Origin: a virus
Taxonomy: Monodnaviria; Loebvirae; Hofneiviricota; Faserviricetes; Tubulavirales; Inoviridae
DNA length: 11,808 bases
Strand: one strand, 5' to 3'
IMG/VR virus record: IMGVR_UViG_2563366858_000001
Shown: positions 1 to 8,311 of the stretch, in pieces
Layout of the letters: each line of letters begins with the position of its first letter
Position numbering within the stretch: the first letter of the stretch is position 1
Made by a program: the position numbers and the translations under genes
Notes under the pieces: generated by a model
Seen by the model: only the letters and a program-made list of their open reading frames with translations
What the model was told of the DNA's origin: nothing
Databases searched by the model: none

Positions 1-480
1 GTGCCACGTAACGTGGATAAACCTGCGAATCGTATTGAAGATATCCACGGTATGGCTGATTTCATCAGCCAGTATCCTGGTGTTGATAGCACCCGTATTG
101 GTTTGCTGGGGATTTGCGGGGGAGGAGGGTATTCACTTGCTGCCGCCGAGACGGACAAACGATTCAAATCGATTGCAACCATTAGCATGTTTAATTCAGG
201 ACTTGTACGGCGCAATGGTATGCAGGATTCACAGTTGGATACTATTCAACAACGTCTTCAGCAGGCTTCAGATGCACGAGCTCAGGAAGTCGCCGGTGGC
301 GAAGTGCTTTACTCCGGTGATGCCAACCTGACTGATGAACAGATCGCTAAATTACCTTTTGCGTTATATCGCCAGGGCTACGAGTACTACTGGAAAACCC
401 ACGCACACCCAAACTCAACGTTTAAATACACCACGAGCAGTTTGTTAGACTTGATGAACTCAGAAATCACAACGTATTGA
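1..480 (+). CDS. Dienelactone hydrolase family protein (alpha/beta hydrolase), 5'-truncated by the window edge; stop TGA at 478-480
   Basis: Open frame from position 1. Translation contains a G-I-C-G-G-G-G-Y-S nucleophile-elbow-like motif with Cys, typical of dienelactone hydrolase-type enzymes, and a C-terminal His-containing region. Family assignment is from memory of motif style, not a search. Confidence 0.55.
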   Translation: MPRNVDKPANRIEDIHGMADFISQYPGVDSTRIGLLGICGGGGYSLAAAETDKRFKSIATISMFNSGLVRRNGMQDSQLDTIQQRLQQASDARAQEVAGGEVLYSGDANLTDEQIAKLPFALYRQGYEYYWKTHAHPNSTFKYTTSSLLDLMNSEITTY

Positions 481-529
481 TTTATCTGTGTGTGGATGTG
501 AATGGTGAAGTAAAGGACCTTCACAGTCA

Positions 530-557
530 ATTTAACATAATATACATTATGCGCACC
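530..557. other. dif: dif site (XerC/XerD chromosome dimer resolution site); functions as prophage attL
   Basis: The sequence ATTTAACATAATATACATTATGCGCACC is the exact reverse complement of the 28-bp E. coli dif core GGTGCGCATAATGTATATTATGTTAAAT as I recall it (XerD arm, 6-bp central region, XerC arm). Confidence 0.8.
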
Positions 558-697
558 AATGGTAAGGATGGCAGAATCTGGCGGGAATCGTTGACACTGG
601 CCGTCAACTGGCTACTATCGACAGTGATTCAAAATCATCCGTTTCTCCAAACGAATCAGAATCAAATGTCTGTCAGCAGTAAGTGAACGGCCTGACC

Positions 698-946
698 TCA
701 CCAATCAGGCCTGTTCATCCAGTTAGTTGGTAAATCTGTACCTGATACACGAGAATCAAACACCACTTCTTCAGTGCCATCACCATGATGCCGGATAATC
801 TGGTAACCGGATTGCGGGTTCTGGCTCTCAGCTTCATAAGCAGCCCGGAATGCTGGATCTTTGAGAAGCATCACTTTCAGCTCCTGATGTGTCATGAATT
901 TTTCCATGATAAGCCCCGATGAATGCTGCCGCGCCGAATCAGCCAT
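698..946 (-). CDS. Hypothetical small protein (about 65-82 aa depending on start; possible starts at 946, 907 or 895)
   Basis: Six-frame ORF inside the prophage between attL and the secretin gene. No strong Shine-Dalgarno before any candidate ATG. A 7-bp inverted repeat (689-695 / 705-711) straddles its stop codon. Function unknown. Confidence 0.3.
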   Translation of the reverse strand: MADSARQHSSGLIMEKFMTHQELKVMLLKDPAFRAAYEAESQNPQSGYQIIRHHGDGTEEVVFDSRVSGTDLPTNWMNRPDW

Positions 947-1091
947 AACGCTGAAAATGGAAACTGTACGGCTTGGCCAACCCCGGACAGCAACAAAACA
1001 AGTTTTGTCACTGACCGGCGTTATCTTTCAAAACAGACAGTTAACGATTTTTTGTCTGGTGTTTATGCGTGAAATTTCGTGCGTACGAAAT

Positions 1092-1340
1092 TCACCACCA
1101 ATAAACAAACGGACGATGACTGACCGGAAAAGCAATGCCGTCAGCATCATGACCACGCATTACCTGATTGAGAAGCCTTCTGACTTCACGACGCTCAGGC
1201 CTGGTCATCATCATATTGCGATACCAGGACGGCGATTTATCAAACCATCTGGCACAACTGGCAAAATGTGAACCTACACGACGATAAGACTTAAGGCGTC
1301 CACCGGGAAGTCGGTCACGCGCCTTATTTTTTACAGACAT
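1092..1340 (-). CDS. Hypothetical small basic (Arg-rich) protein, 82 aa
   Basis: ATG at 1338-1340 is preceded on the minus strand by GAGGA with a spacing of about 6 nt (a strong RBS). The protein is rich in Arg/Lys, compatible with nucleic-acid binding. It lies immediately downstream of the secretin gene. Confidence 0.4.
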   Translation of the reverse strand: MSVKNKARDRLPGGRLKSYRRVGSHFASCARWFDKSPSWYRNMMMTRPERREVRRLLNQVMRGHDADGIAFPVSHRPFVYWW

Positions 1341-1428
1341 AATAAATCCTCTAAGTAACTGAATACCTAGAAGATGTCGTACTGTTCATACCCCATAAAA
1401 GTTAACGCCATAATAAAAATCCATACAA

Positions 1429-2673
1429 TCAGTTCAGGTTGTCCCGGAACAGTTCACCGCTCCTCGCGGCGCTGCGGGGCGTCGCCCTGCTCCGGTCAAC
1501 CTTTCTGACCTGAAGCATCACCATAATATCAGTCTTGTTGCTTTCACTGGTACGGGAACCGAAGAAGCTCCAGCCGGAACTGGCCTTACTGTCTTTCTGT
1601 TCAGCAAGGCCACCAAGTAAAATAATATCACCATCTGCAAGGCTGACTTCGGTTGTTACATCACGCTTGATAAGGGTTGGCGAGTTATTGACGCCGGTTT
1701 CAGTGGTCACAAAGTTGGAAAGCTGCTGCTGAATCTTGAGATCCATTGTCCGACTTTTGATTGATGGCGTCACGTTAAACAAAACACCGCTGGAACGATA
1801 TTCAACGGATTGCGTTGTCGTATTGTTATTCACCGTAACACTGCCCAGTACTGGCACATCAGAGCCGACTGAAAAAGACGCTGAGGCATTATTTTTTACC
1901 CGCAGTCGTGGCGCACTGACAACAGTAAAACGACTGTCGGTTTTCAGCAGATTGAAAATGGCATCAATGGAGCCGGTTCGAATATTGATAAAATTATCCA
2001 GTCCGGCAGCACCAACTGAAATATTGAATTTATCAGACAGAATTTTAGCCGCTAAAAGAATGCCGGAGCCGTCAGACTGCGAGGTCTGAACCTCAAAAAC
2101 ATAACCAGAAACAACCACTTCATCACTCATCGTATCCAGCGAAGTGACCAGTGTTTTCAGGATGGCGATATCCTCTTTCGTACCATAATAAACCAGAATA
2201 TCACCGGTTCGATTGATGTAGTTGCTTGCCCCTGATGAACCTTTTAGCGAATCGTCAGAAATCACGGCTCCACTGTTATTGAAGGAGCCTGAAACGTAGC
2301 CGCCAAGAATATCAGACAGGTAAGCAACAGAACGGTACTGAGGCGTATAAGTCCATGTATAACGTGGCTTAACCGGCTCTTTCGGCGTATAGGGCGCGAT
2401 AAAATCAACACCCTTTTTCGTCCATATTCGAATGTTCATATTGCCAAGATAACGGGTTACAAATTCCCGTTCATCAATATCAGGTGTTAACCTGAATGTA
2501 ATCATTCGTTCATCATTAACAAGCTGTGGATCTAGCATATACGGGACTTTAAGCACCTCACTGTAAATAAGAGAAATAGCCTCCGGTAGCTTGACTTTAT
2601 TTAATTCAAGCTCTGACCCTGCGAAAGCACATGAAGAAAATAGTAGCGTTAATGCGAGTAAAATCTTTTTCAT
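1429..2673 (-). CDS. Filamentous phage pIV-like outer-membrane secretin (virion export channel), 414 aa
   Basis: N-terminal signal peptide (MKKILLALTLLFSSCAFA) and a C-terminal secretin-type domain rich in Gly/Ser/Thr/Val beta-strand repeats (e.g. VVSAPRLRVKNNASASFSVGSDVPV, ILLGGL). The length is typical of phage pIV rather than T2SS GspD. Its ATG overlaps the stop of the upstream Zot-like gene (TAATG at 2671-2675), with a GGGGA RBS. Confidence 0.85.
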   Translation of the reverse strand: MKKILLALTLLFSSCAFAGSELELNKVKLPEAISLIYSEVLKVPYMLDPQLVNDERMITFRLTPDIDEREFVTRYLGNMNIRIWTKKGVDFIAPYTPKEPVKPRYTWTYTPQYRSVAYLSDILGGYVSGSFNNSGAVISDDSLKGSSGASNYINRTGDILVYYGTKEDIAILKTLVTSLDTMSDEVVVSGYVFEVQTSQSDGSGILLAAKILSDKFNISVGAAGLDNFINIRTGSIDAIFNLLKTDSRFTVVSAPRLRVKNNASASFSVGSDVPVLGSVTVNNNTTTQSVEYRSSGVLFNVTPSIKSRTMDLKIQQQLSNFVTTETGVNNSPTLIKRDVTTEVSLADGDIILLGGLAEQKDSKASSGWSFFGSRTSESNKTDIMVMLQVRKVDRSRATPRSAARSGELFRDNLN

Positions 2674-3698
2674 TATTTTTTCCCCGTATAAAGCGTCACA
2701 CGCTCACCATCAATAATTCCGCTCATCAACATCCCTTTGTAATTAAAACTGGATGCAGGAACGGCACGCAAAACACCGGCACCGTTAACAAGAATCACAA
2801 ACGCCCTGCCTTCACTGGTCATTCTCCCTGATATACGCCACTCGGTTGAAAGTGGCGGTTCAGCTGGTTCTGAGGGAGTATCTGGTGCTGGAGTAGCAGC
2901 GGAAGAACGAAACATGGCCGCATCACGTACATCTGTTGTAGTCAAATCTGGCGAGGGATCGCTTCGGCCAAACGTGCTGAAAAATGAGTAAATCAGCCAG
3001 CCTGACCCGATAAACATCAATGGAAAAAGCACAAGAAAGAACCTGACTTTGCCAGAATTCCAGATGCTCTGGCGTTTATCTGTCTGCTTTTCATTACCGT
3101 TATTTCCTTCATAACTTTTGTAAAGTTCAAAAATATCAGGGTTATATTTATTGCGATAACTGGTGACGAGGTTGCTTTTATAGATTTTGTGGCCTGAATA
3201 TACGTCAATGCAATAATGATTATTCAGGCCCAACGCTTTCAGCTTGCGCATCCGGTAAGTTGTTTCTATTTTGTCTTTCAGAAAGCGAGCAATATTAGAA
3301 AGTGACTGATTTACAATAACCAAATCACAGCTAATACCCGTTTCAGGGTGCGTAAAATGACGATGTTCAGCAATAAATGATTTCTTCTCAGCCGTCATAT
3401 CCTTATCGCTACCGAAGATTCGCCATGCTTCATCAATAACAATTAAATCACCAAACTGGCAAAAGCTCCCTTCCCCACCTTTAAAAGGAAAGAAATCTGC
3501 TTTAAGCACATCATCATTATCCACAACAATAATTTCTCCCGTTGCATCAGGATAACGTTCGGTGATTTTATCTTTTTGTAAACCATAAATGTTCGTCACA
3601 ACTCTCCGGCCGCTGGTAAATGCCGGAATAATGACATTGTAAACGGCTTCATAACTTTTTCCTGAGCCGGGTATGCCAATATATGCAGAAATAGCCAT
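2673..3698 (-). CDS. Zot-like / pI assembly ATPase (filamentous phage morphogenesis protein), 341 aa
   Basis: Walker A motif GIPGSGKS near the N-terminus, Walker B-like LIVIDEAW, and a hydrophobic membrane-spanning segment (FFLVLFPLMFIGSGWLIYSFF) followed by a periplasmic C-terminal region. This is the architecture of pI/Zot. Confidence 0.85.
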   Translation of the reverse strand: MAISAYIGIPGSGKSYEAVYNVIIPAFTSGRRVVTNIYGLQKDKITERYPDATGEIIVVDNDDVLKADFFPFKGGEGSFCQFGDLIVIDEAWRIFGSDKDMTAEKKSFIAEHRHFTHPETGISCDLVIVNQSLSNIARFLKDKIETTYRMRKLKALGLNNHYCIDVYSGHKIYKSNLVTSYRNKYNPDIFELYKSYEGNNGNEKQTDKRQSIWNSGKVRFFLVLFPLMFIGSGWLIYSFFSTFGRSDPSPDLTTTDVRDAAMFRSSAATPAPDTPSEPAEPPLSTEWRISGRMTSEGRAFVILVNGAGVLRAVPASSFNYKGMLMSGIIDGERVTLYTGKK

Positions 3699-3701
3699 AA
3701 C

Positions 3702-3989
3702 TCACCCTATAACAGGAATACGTCGAATAATAAAACGAGTAGCCATTGCGGAGATAATCATACTAATCCCCTGTGGTAATTTACTCAGGTTAATGAAGTA
3801 CCAGAATCCGTCTGATAAATTGGCAAACAGCGATGAGAGATTGCTTGAATCTGGCAGTAACTCAACAAGGATTTCAACGAAGCCCTGGACTACAAAATAC
3901 AGCGCAAAGAATACGACGAATTTAATAATCAATGACCGGAATACAAAACCTAACAAAGTATTTAATGCACTAATCAGAATCCCAAACAT
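3702..3989 (-). CDS. pVI-like minor coat protein (hydrophobic, 95 aa)
   Basis: Small, very hydrophobic protein in the Ff gVI position (between the pIII and pI genes). AAGGAG RBS about 8 nt upstream of the ATG at 3987-3989. Confidence 0.55.
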   Translation of the reverse strand: MFGILISALNTLLGFVFRSLIIKFVVFFALYFVVQGFVEILVELLPDSSNLSSLFANLSDGFWYFINLSKLPQGISMIISAMATRFIIRRIPVIG

Positions 3990-4001
3990 AGTTGCACTCC
4001 T

Positions 4002-5714
4002 TTAGGCACTCAGAATAATACGGAGCGCAACAAATCCCCATATAATCAGAAATATGGTTTCTACGGCGCTTCTGTTCTGCTCAATTAACGGACAATGGGA
4101 GTCAATTCTGTACTGGTGATTAAACACGCTGAATTCAACAACGGGGCAGGATGCTGAACGAGAGCCGATGTTAAATTCGTTTGTAAAAGGCAACAAGTTA
4201 ATAATTGGCGTTAAAATATCTCTTGCCGTTGGCGTTTCTTCAAGCTCAGGCTCTTTTACACCGGGATCTTCTCCCAAATCTATATTGCCATTATTTCCAG
4301 TGTCAGATCCTGAGTTGTTATTAATGGTAATATCAATATTGACGTCAGCCCCTGCACTGTCAGATACAGGTGAAAGCATATCTAATAACGTTGGAGATAG
4401 CCTAAGTTCCGACATCGCAGAAGTTACTTCAGCCGGTGAAACCTCTTTAAACGGTAAGCCGTTATAATCGGCATTAACGGCAGCTTCAGACCACAGCTCG
4501 TTAATCATGTCGGCAAGAAGTGCTGGCGATACACTAACACTATCAAGATACTCCAGATAATCAATCATGGACTCAATATTTCCGGCCTCCAGTACTTCCG
4601 TCATGGCTTTATATTTGGTATTGGTCCAGATAGTAAGCTCACTCTTTTCATCAATATCTTTTGCGGTGTAATCCTCTTTTTCAGGAACGGCGCAAATCGT
4701 CGAATATCCACCATTTGACTGATTAGTCGTTTTACAAGGCGTGTTGTGATACTGATATTGCTTTCCTGCTGTTAAATAAGCAACGCTGTAATACATGGGA
4801 AGCCCTGCTACATTTTCATACATGGGAATACCTGCGGGAAATGAAGATGCGGCCGGGTTGCTATACAAGTGTGTAATCTCAGGTATTTCATAAAATGAGG
4901 AAGGATAAGTAAACTTATAATTCTGTTCAGTAAAGGATACATCTCCATTACTGTTGACAACTTTATTCGTCACAGTGCGTTCAAAATTCGTTAGTGTTTC
5001 AGTATAAGTACGCGAGTTATAGTCATTAAGATAATTTCTGGCAATTTCAGTTGGATTATCACCATAGTAATAAATTAGCTCTTTCGAATCCTGATAATAA
5101 TAAAGTGCATTATCTGGCGTGGAATATCCTGTTTCAACACCTACAACTGGAGAACCCGCATCCACATTATTACGACTAACATGAAGGATTACCGGACTTA
5201 ATTCCTGTGGTTCAAAATTAACGGTTATCGTCTTACTTTCACCACTTTGACCACTGTACGTTACTTCATATAAATTATCGGAAATCTTTTTACCGTTAGT
5301 CATTACCATTACCGAGCCGTCAGATGAACTCAAAGAAGACGGAACAAAAGATGATACAGCAGCAGCAATACCCGCCCACGTTGCAACACCGCTCATTTTG
5401 TATGATGAGGCAGCAGGCAAGTATTCGGCAGCATTAGCCGCAGCGCGGCCAACAAAAACACGGGTTGCTGTAAGCTGTGATGCCGTATAAATCGCATCAT
5501 TGGCAGCAAAGCGACGAACAAGCACCCGGCCAACGACTTTAGGAATAACAGCCCGCGCAGCCACTGCTGCAATTGCTGGTACAAATGAATATGAATATCG
5601 GGGAAAGGAAACCCAGAGAAAGGAAAAAATAAAGGAATAAACCGTCAGCCTCTTAGCCCAAGAATAACGACATAAGCTGAGACGATCCCCCATAAAAGGG
5701 AACCCAATTTCCAT
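4002..5714 (-). CDS. pIII-like minor coat / adsorption protein (570 aa as called; true start may be internal)
   Basis: Large protein in the gIII position with Gly/Ser/Asn-rich linker regions (e.g. NNNSGSDTGNNGNIDLGEDPG), Cys pairs, and a C-terminal hydrophobic anchor (TIFLIIWGFVALRIILSA). GGAGA RBS 8 nt upstream of the ATG at 5712-5714. An alternative signal-peptide-like start exists at M107 (ATG 5394-5396). Confidence 0.6.
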   Translation of the reverse strand: MEIGFPFMGDRLSLCRYSWAKRLTVYSFIFSFLWVSFPRYSYSFVPAIAAVAARAVIPKVVGRVLVRRFAANDAIYTASQLTATRVFVGRAAANAAEYLPAASSYKMSGVATWAGIAAAVSSFVPSSLSSSDGSVMVMTNGKKISDNLYEVTYSGQSGESKTITVNFEPQELSPVILHVSRNNVDAGSPVVGVETGYSTPDNALYYYQDSKELIYYYGDNPTEIARNYLNDYNSRTYTETLTNFERTVTNKVVNSNGDVSFTEQNYKFTYPSSFYEIPEITHLYSNPAASSFPAGIPMYENVAGLPMYYSVAYLTAGKQYQYHNTPCKTTNQSNGGYSTICAVPEKEDYTAKDIDEKSELTIWTNTKYKAMTEVLEAGNIESMIDYLEYLDSVSVSPALLADMINELWSEAAVNADYNGLPFKEVSPAEVTSAMSELRLSPTLLDMLSPVSDSAGADVNIDITINNNSGSDTGNNGNIDLGEDPGVKEPELEETPTARDILTPIINLLPFTNEFNIGSRSASCPVVEFSVFNHQYRIDSHCPLIEQNRSAVETIFLIIWGFVALRIILSA

Positions 5715-5746
5715 AATTCAATCTCCATAATAACCTCAAGTAAAAC

Positions 5747-5765
5747 GGGCGATATTGCATCGCCC
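5747..5765 (-). terminator. Putative rho-independent terminator after the major coat gene
   Basis: Perfect 7-bp stem GGGCGAT / ATCGCCC with a 5-nt loop, located 14 nt downstream (minus strand) of the pVIII stop and followed on the minus strand by GTTTTA. Ff phages have a strong terminator after gVIII. Confidence 0.45.
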
Positions 5766-5778
5766 ATGAATAATGAAT

Positions 5779-6012
5779 TTATGCGGATTTAACGGTACGC
5801 AATACCCAGCGAACGCCAGCGACACCGGCATAAAGTGTTACCAGTGAAGCAGCAACGGCCATAATCGCAACCAGAACTGTACTGAAATCAATGCTGTTCG
5901 TCAGCGGCGATAAATCAACACCACTTGATGCCGCTCCTTCTGCAGCGAAAGTCGCGCCAGAAACAGCCATTAATGCAGGTACAGCCAGAAAATTAACGTT
6001 TTTTTTAAACAT
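5779..6012 (-). CDS. pVIII-like major coat protein precursor, 77 aa
   Basis: Classic architecture: signal peptide (MFKKNVNFLAVPALMAVSGATFA), short acidic mature N-terminus (AEGAASSGVD), hydrophobic core (VLVAIMAVAASLVTLYAGVAGV), and a basic C-terminus (RWVLRTVKSA). GGAGA RBS 8 nt upstream. Confidence 0.8.
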   Translation of the reverse strand: MFKKNVNFLAVPALMAVSGATFAAEGAASSGVDLSPLTNSIDFSTVLVAIMAVAASLVTLYAGVAGVRWVLRTVKSA

Positions 6013-6046
6013 AACTCTATCTCCATTACATTTTAAAGGTTCGCAT

Positions 6047-6298
6047 TCAAGCAGTACGAACCATCTTTATTACCTGTCCCACACCTACAGAAAAAAGCCA
6101 GAGCAGCAGGACAGAGCCAAAACCTAATGTCCAGTAATTTCCCATTGCAGAATAATCAATTTGATGAAATGGTTCAGAACGTACCATTATTGCCTGACAT
6201 TCTTTTGCATTGTTCGCATTACATAAATAACCTTCAATACGGTAACCATTTTCAGGAATATGATTATCAAACTGAATATCGAAACCTGATGTATCCAT
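6047..6298 (-). CDS. Hypothetical small protein with C-terminal TM helix (possible minor coat protein in the gVII/gIX position), 83 aa
   Basis: Start is 2 nt after the stop of the upstream ssb-like gene (translational coupling). Hydrophobic C-terminus (LGFGSVLLLWLFSVGVGQVI). Position corresponds to Ff gVII/gIX but the protein is larger. Confidence 0.4.
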   Translation of the reverse strand: MDTSGFDIQFDNHIPENGYRIEGYLCNANNAKECQAIMVRSEPFHQIDYSAMGNYWTLGFGSVLLLWLFSVGVGQVIKMVRTA

Positions 6299-6300
6299 AA

Positions 6301-6618
6301 TCAGCCTTTTATTTCAGTAATGCCGCCATCTGATGAAATGTTATAAGTTACTCCTTCCCTCCCCTCCATTGACCAGACGCGAACATATACAGGTATCTGG
6401 ACTAACTTACCGATAAAATTATTTGCCTGATTCATTACACCGGCATTAACAAGAGCCTGAGATACACGAATAATAATCTGGTCTTGCTTAGTGCCGCCAA
6501 AACCATCAGGAATCTCTAAGCCAACACCAATTTCATTATAGTATCCCTGACCATTGACCTTATTACGCTGGCGAGCACCAAGCATTTTACCTTTTACAAA
6601 AAGACCATAATTAGACAT
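6301..6618 (-). CDS. Putative ssDNA-binding protein (pV-like), 105 aa
   Basis: Small protein immediately downstream of rep, in the Ff gV position. Strong AAGGAG RBS 7 nt upstream of the ATG at 6616-6618. Assignment is by position and size, not by recognised motifs. Confidence 0.5.
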   Translation of the reverse strand: MSNYGLFVKGKMLGARQRNKVNGQGYYNEIGVGLEIPDGFGGTKQDQIIIRVSQALVNAGVMNQANNFIGKLVQIPVYVRVWSMEGREGVTYNISSDGGITEIKG

Positions 6619-6629
6619 ATCACTCTCCT

Positions 6630-7682
6630 TTAATGCCAGTTACTGGCATGTGAAATACGGTTATAATCGAAAATTAAACCTTTCTCATAAACCCATGATG
6701 GAATTTTGGCTGGTTTGGCTTCAAGAGTACGAACCAACGGAACAACGTTATTAGAATCCGGTGACTCACAATAAAAGTTAATATCTATTCCGAAAGAAAG
6801 TAATTCTTTACGGTGTCGGTAGAATGTAGGTTTCGGTAACATCTCTTTCATGTTCGCGCCCTGCTTCCACAATAAATATGTAGACTGTATTTTTCTTGGG
6901 AGATTAATTATTTTTTCATCAGTTAATATAGTATTTTGATTCATTTCTATTCTCCCTACATAGTCAGAGAATAATTTATTGGGCGTCTCAATATTCCAGC
7001 TATTACCAAGCGTAAGATTCAAATCAATTAATTCAGTTGTTCTTAATGTTAATTCAATGCGTAATTTATCTTTTGACCAGTCCAGTAAACCAGCTTTAAC
7101 GAATTCGTCTGCCATCTGGTGCCCTTTTTTGCCAGATGTATGCTCATCATATTTTGAATAAAATTTCAGGCTCCAACGACGGGAGTTTTTCCCTAAGTAA
7201 ACAGTGCCACCTTTACCACAGGCGCGACCGTGGCGAGTTTTAGCTTTAAATTCTGCGGCATATAACCATGCGCGGACATTTTCTAATGTTGACAATGAAT
7301 ACATGTAATTGATATCGATGCGCGAGATCTTAAATTGCCCTTCCATGACCTGCCGATAGGATGGTAGATCATGAGGAATATGCAGTAATGCCAATATTCT
7401 GGCGTAAGCTGTTAACACCAACCCTTGCAAATCGTCGGAACCGATAACAGAGTGACCTTGCAAAAACTTTGATGGATTACCGTCAATGTAGAGATGTGTT
7501 GCCCGACCTTCACCATCAGATCCAACAGACCTTACTTTCATTGTGGACTCATGCGAACCGCGAACGGTCAACCGTTTTACTGTTTCCCACTCCACTGCAC
7601 CGTCAGCATCGACGCTGACGACACTACCAGCCGGTAACGGTCGGTGTGTGCAAGGCAGGATTCCGGTAAACCAGTCGATCAT
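6630..7682 (-). CDS. Rolling-circle replication initiation protein (pII / RstA-like), 350 aa
   Basis: First gene of the minus-strand operon, divergent from an HTH repressor. Size and position match the filamentous phage replication initiator. Contains His-rich (LHIPHD) and Tyr-containing (KFYSKYDEH) segments that could be HUH-type motifs. No search was run. Confidence 0.7.
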   Translation of the reverse strand: MIDWFTGILPCTHRPLPAGSVVSVDADGAVEWETVKRLTVRGSHESTMKVRSVGSDGEGRATHLYIDGNPSKFLQGHSVIGSDDLQGLVLTAYARILALLHIPHDLPSYRQVMEGQFKISRIDINYMYSLSTLENVRAWLYAAEFKAKTRHGRACGKGGTVYLGKNSRRWSLKFYSKYDEHTSGKKGHQMADEFVKAGLLDWSKDKLRIELTLRTTELIDLNLTLGNSWNIETPNKLFSDYVGRIEMNQNTILTDEKIINLPRKIQSTYLLWKQGANMKEMLPKPTFYRHRKELLSFGIDINFYCESPDSNNVVPLVRTLEAKPAKIPSWVYEKGLIFDYNRISHASNWH

Positions 7683-7853
7683 AAGTAGTCACACCCATCA
7701 AAATATGTGTCAATAGTCATTTGTGAGCAGATTGAATGGTCACAATGTAATATGCTCAGATCTGACAGTCAATACATTTGCAATGTTTAAATTGTCAAAA
7801 ATGAGCATCAAATCTAACTATTGAAAAACCACTGTTAAGATGGAGCCAAGTAG
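7683..7853. promoter_or_regulatory. Divergent promoter/operator region between rep and the repressor gene
   Basis: A 171-bp AT-rich intergenic region between divergent genes. Contains repeated GTCAATA / TGTCAA motifs (7709-7715, 7768-7774, 7793-7798) and an inverted pair TGAGCA (7723-7728) / TGCTCA (7753-7758). GGAG RBS at 7842-7845 for the repressor. Confidence 0.5.
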
Positions 7854-8300
7854 ATGGGCAACAATGAGCATGAAGTTATGGCGGACAAACAGAGAGCAGA
7901 ACGTATCAAAAAGGTAATTCTGGAACACTCGACTTATGAAGAACTGGCCGAGAAGACTGGCATTAGCGTGAGTACGCTGGTCAGGATAGCGTCCGGCAAA
8001 ACTGAACCTAAATTCAGTGACATCATTCAGATAGCTAAAATTACGGGTGCAGACTTAAACACCTTAGCTTATGGCTATGCTCTTGATGTTAAAGAAGAAG
8101 CTACCGAGCGGAAGCTAATCACTTCTGCGGATGGATATACTGATGAAGAAACCACTAACGCACATAATTTCATCGTGTGGAACATCAGGACACTGGAAAA
8201 ACAAGATATTCTGGCACTCGCAAGGCAGGTTTCTGCCTTAAGTTCATACACTTACAGTACTAAAATGTTTATGAAAAAAGCGGTGTCTGGAGAAGAGTAA
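7854..8300 (+). CDS. XRE-family helix-turn-helix transcriptional regulator (phage repressor, RstR-like position), 148 aa
   Basis: HTH segment STYEELAEKTGISVSTLVRIASGKTEP is typical of Cro/C1-type regulators. Divergently transcribed from rep, as in CTX-type and other inoviruses. RBS GGAG 8 nt upstream. Confidence 0.8.
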   Translation: MGNNEHEVMADKQRAERIKKVILEHSTYEELAEKTGISVSTLVRIASGKTEPKFSDIIQIAKITGADLNTLAYGYALDVKEEATERKLITSADGYTDEETTNAHNFIVWNIRTLEKQDILALARQVSALSSYTYSTKMFMKKAVSGEE

Positions 8301-8311
8301 AAGGATTAACA

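Noticed and set aside
35-331. 98-aa plus-strand ORF in an alternative frame within the hydrolase gene
   Set aside because: Entirely nested in a different frame of a well-supported coding region, so it is a frame artefact.
477-686. 69-aa plus-strand ORF overlapping the dif site
   Set aside because: No RBS, it spans the dif recombination site itself, and its composition is unremarkable. Most likely a chance ORF in the intergenic/att region.
894-1271. 125-aa plus-strand ORF
   Set aside because: It overlaps in antisense both minus-strand small ORFs, one of which has a strong RBS. No RBS of its own and a Cys/His-scattered, low-complexity translation. Judged spurious, though this region is poorly resolved.
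1092-1340. Possibility that the Arg-rich 82-aa ORF is an IS-element transposase fragment
   Set aside because: No flanking terminal inverted repeats or target-site duplication, and the gene fits within the phage operon with a good RBS. More likely a phage-encoded small basic protein.
1535-2089. Plus-strand ORFs (65 aa and 117 aa) inside the secretin gene
   Set aside because: Antisense to a confidently identified secretin CDS; typical shadow ORFs.
3673-4005. 110-aa plus-strand ORF overlapping the pVI gene
   Set aside because: Antisense shadow of the hydrophobic pVI-like gene; the minus-strand gene has a strong AAGGAG RBS and fits the operon structure.
4168-4467. 99-aa plus-strand ORF inside the pIII gene
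   Set aside because: Antisense to the Gly/Ser-rich linker region of pIII; its low-complexity Ser-rich translation is a mirror artefact.
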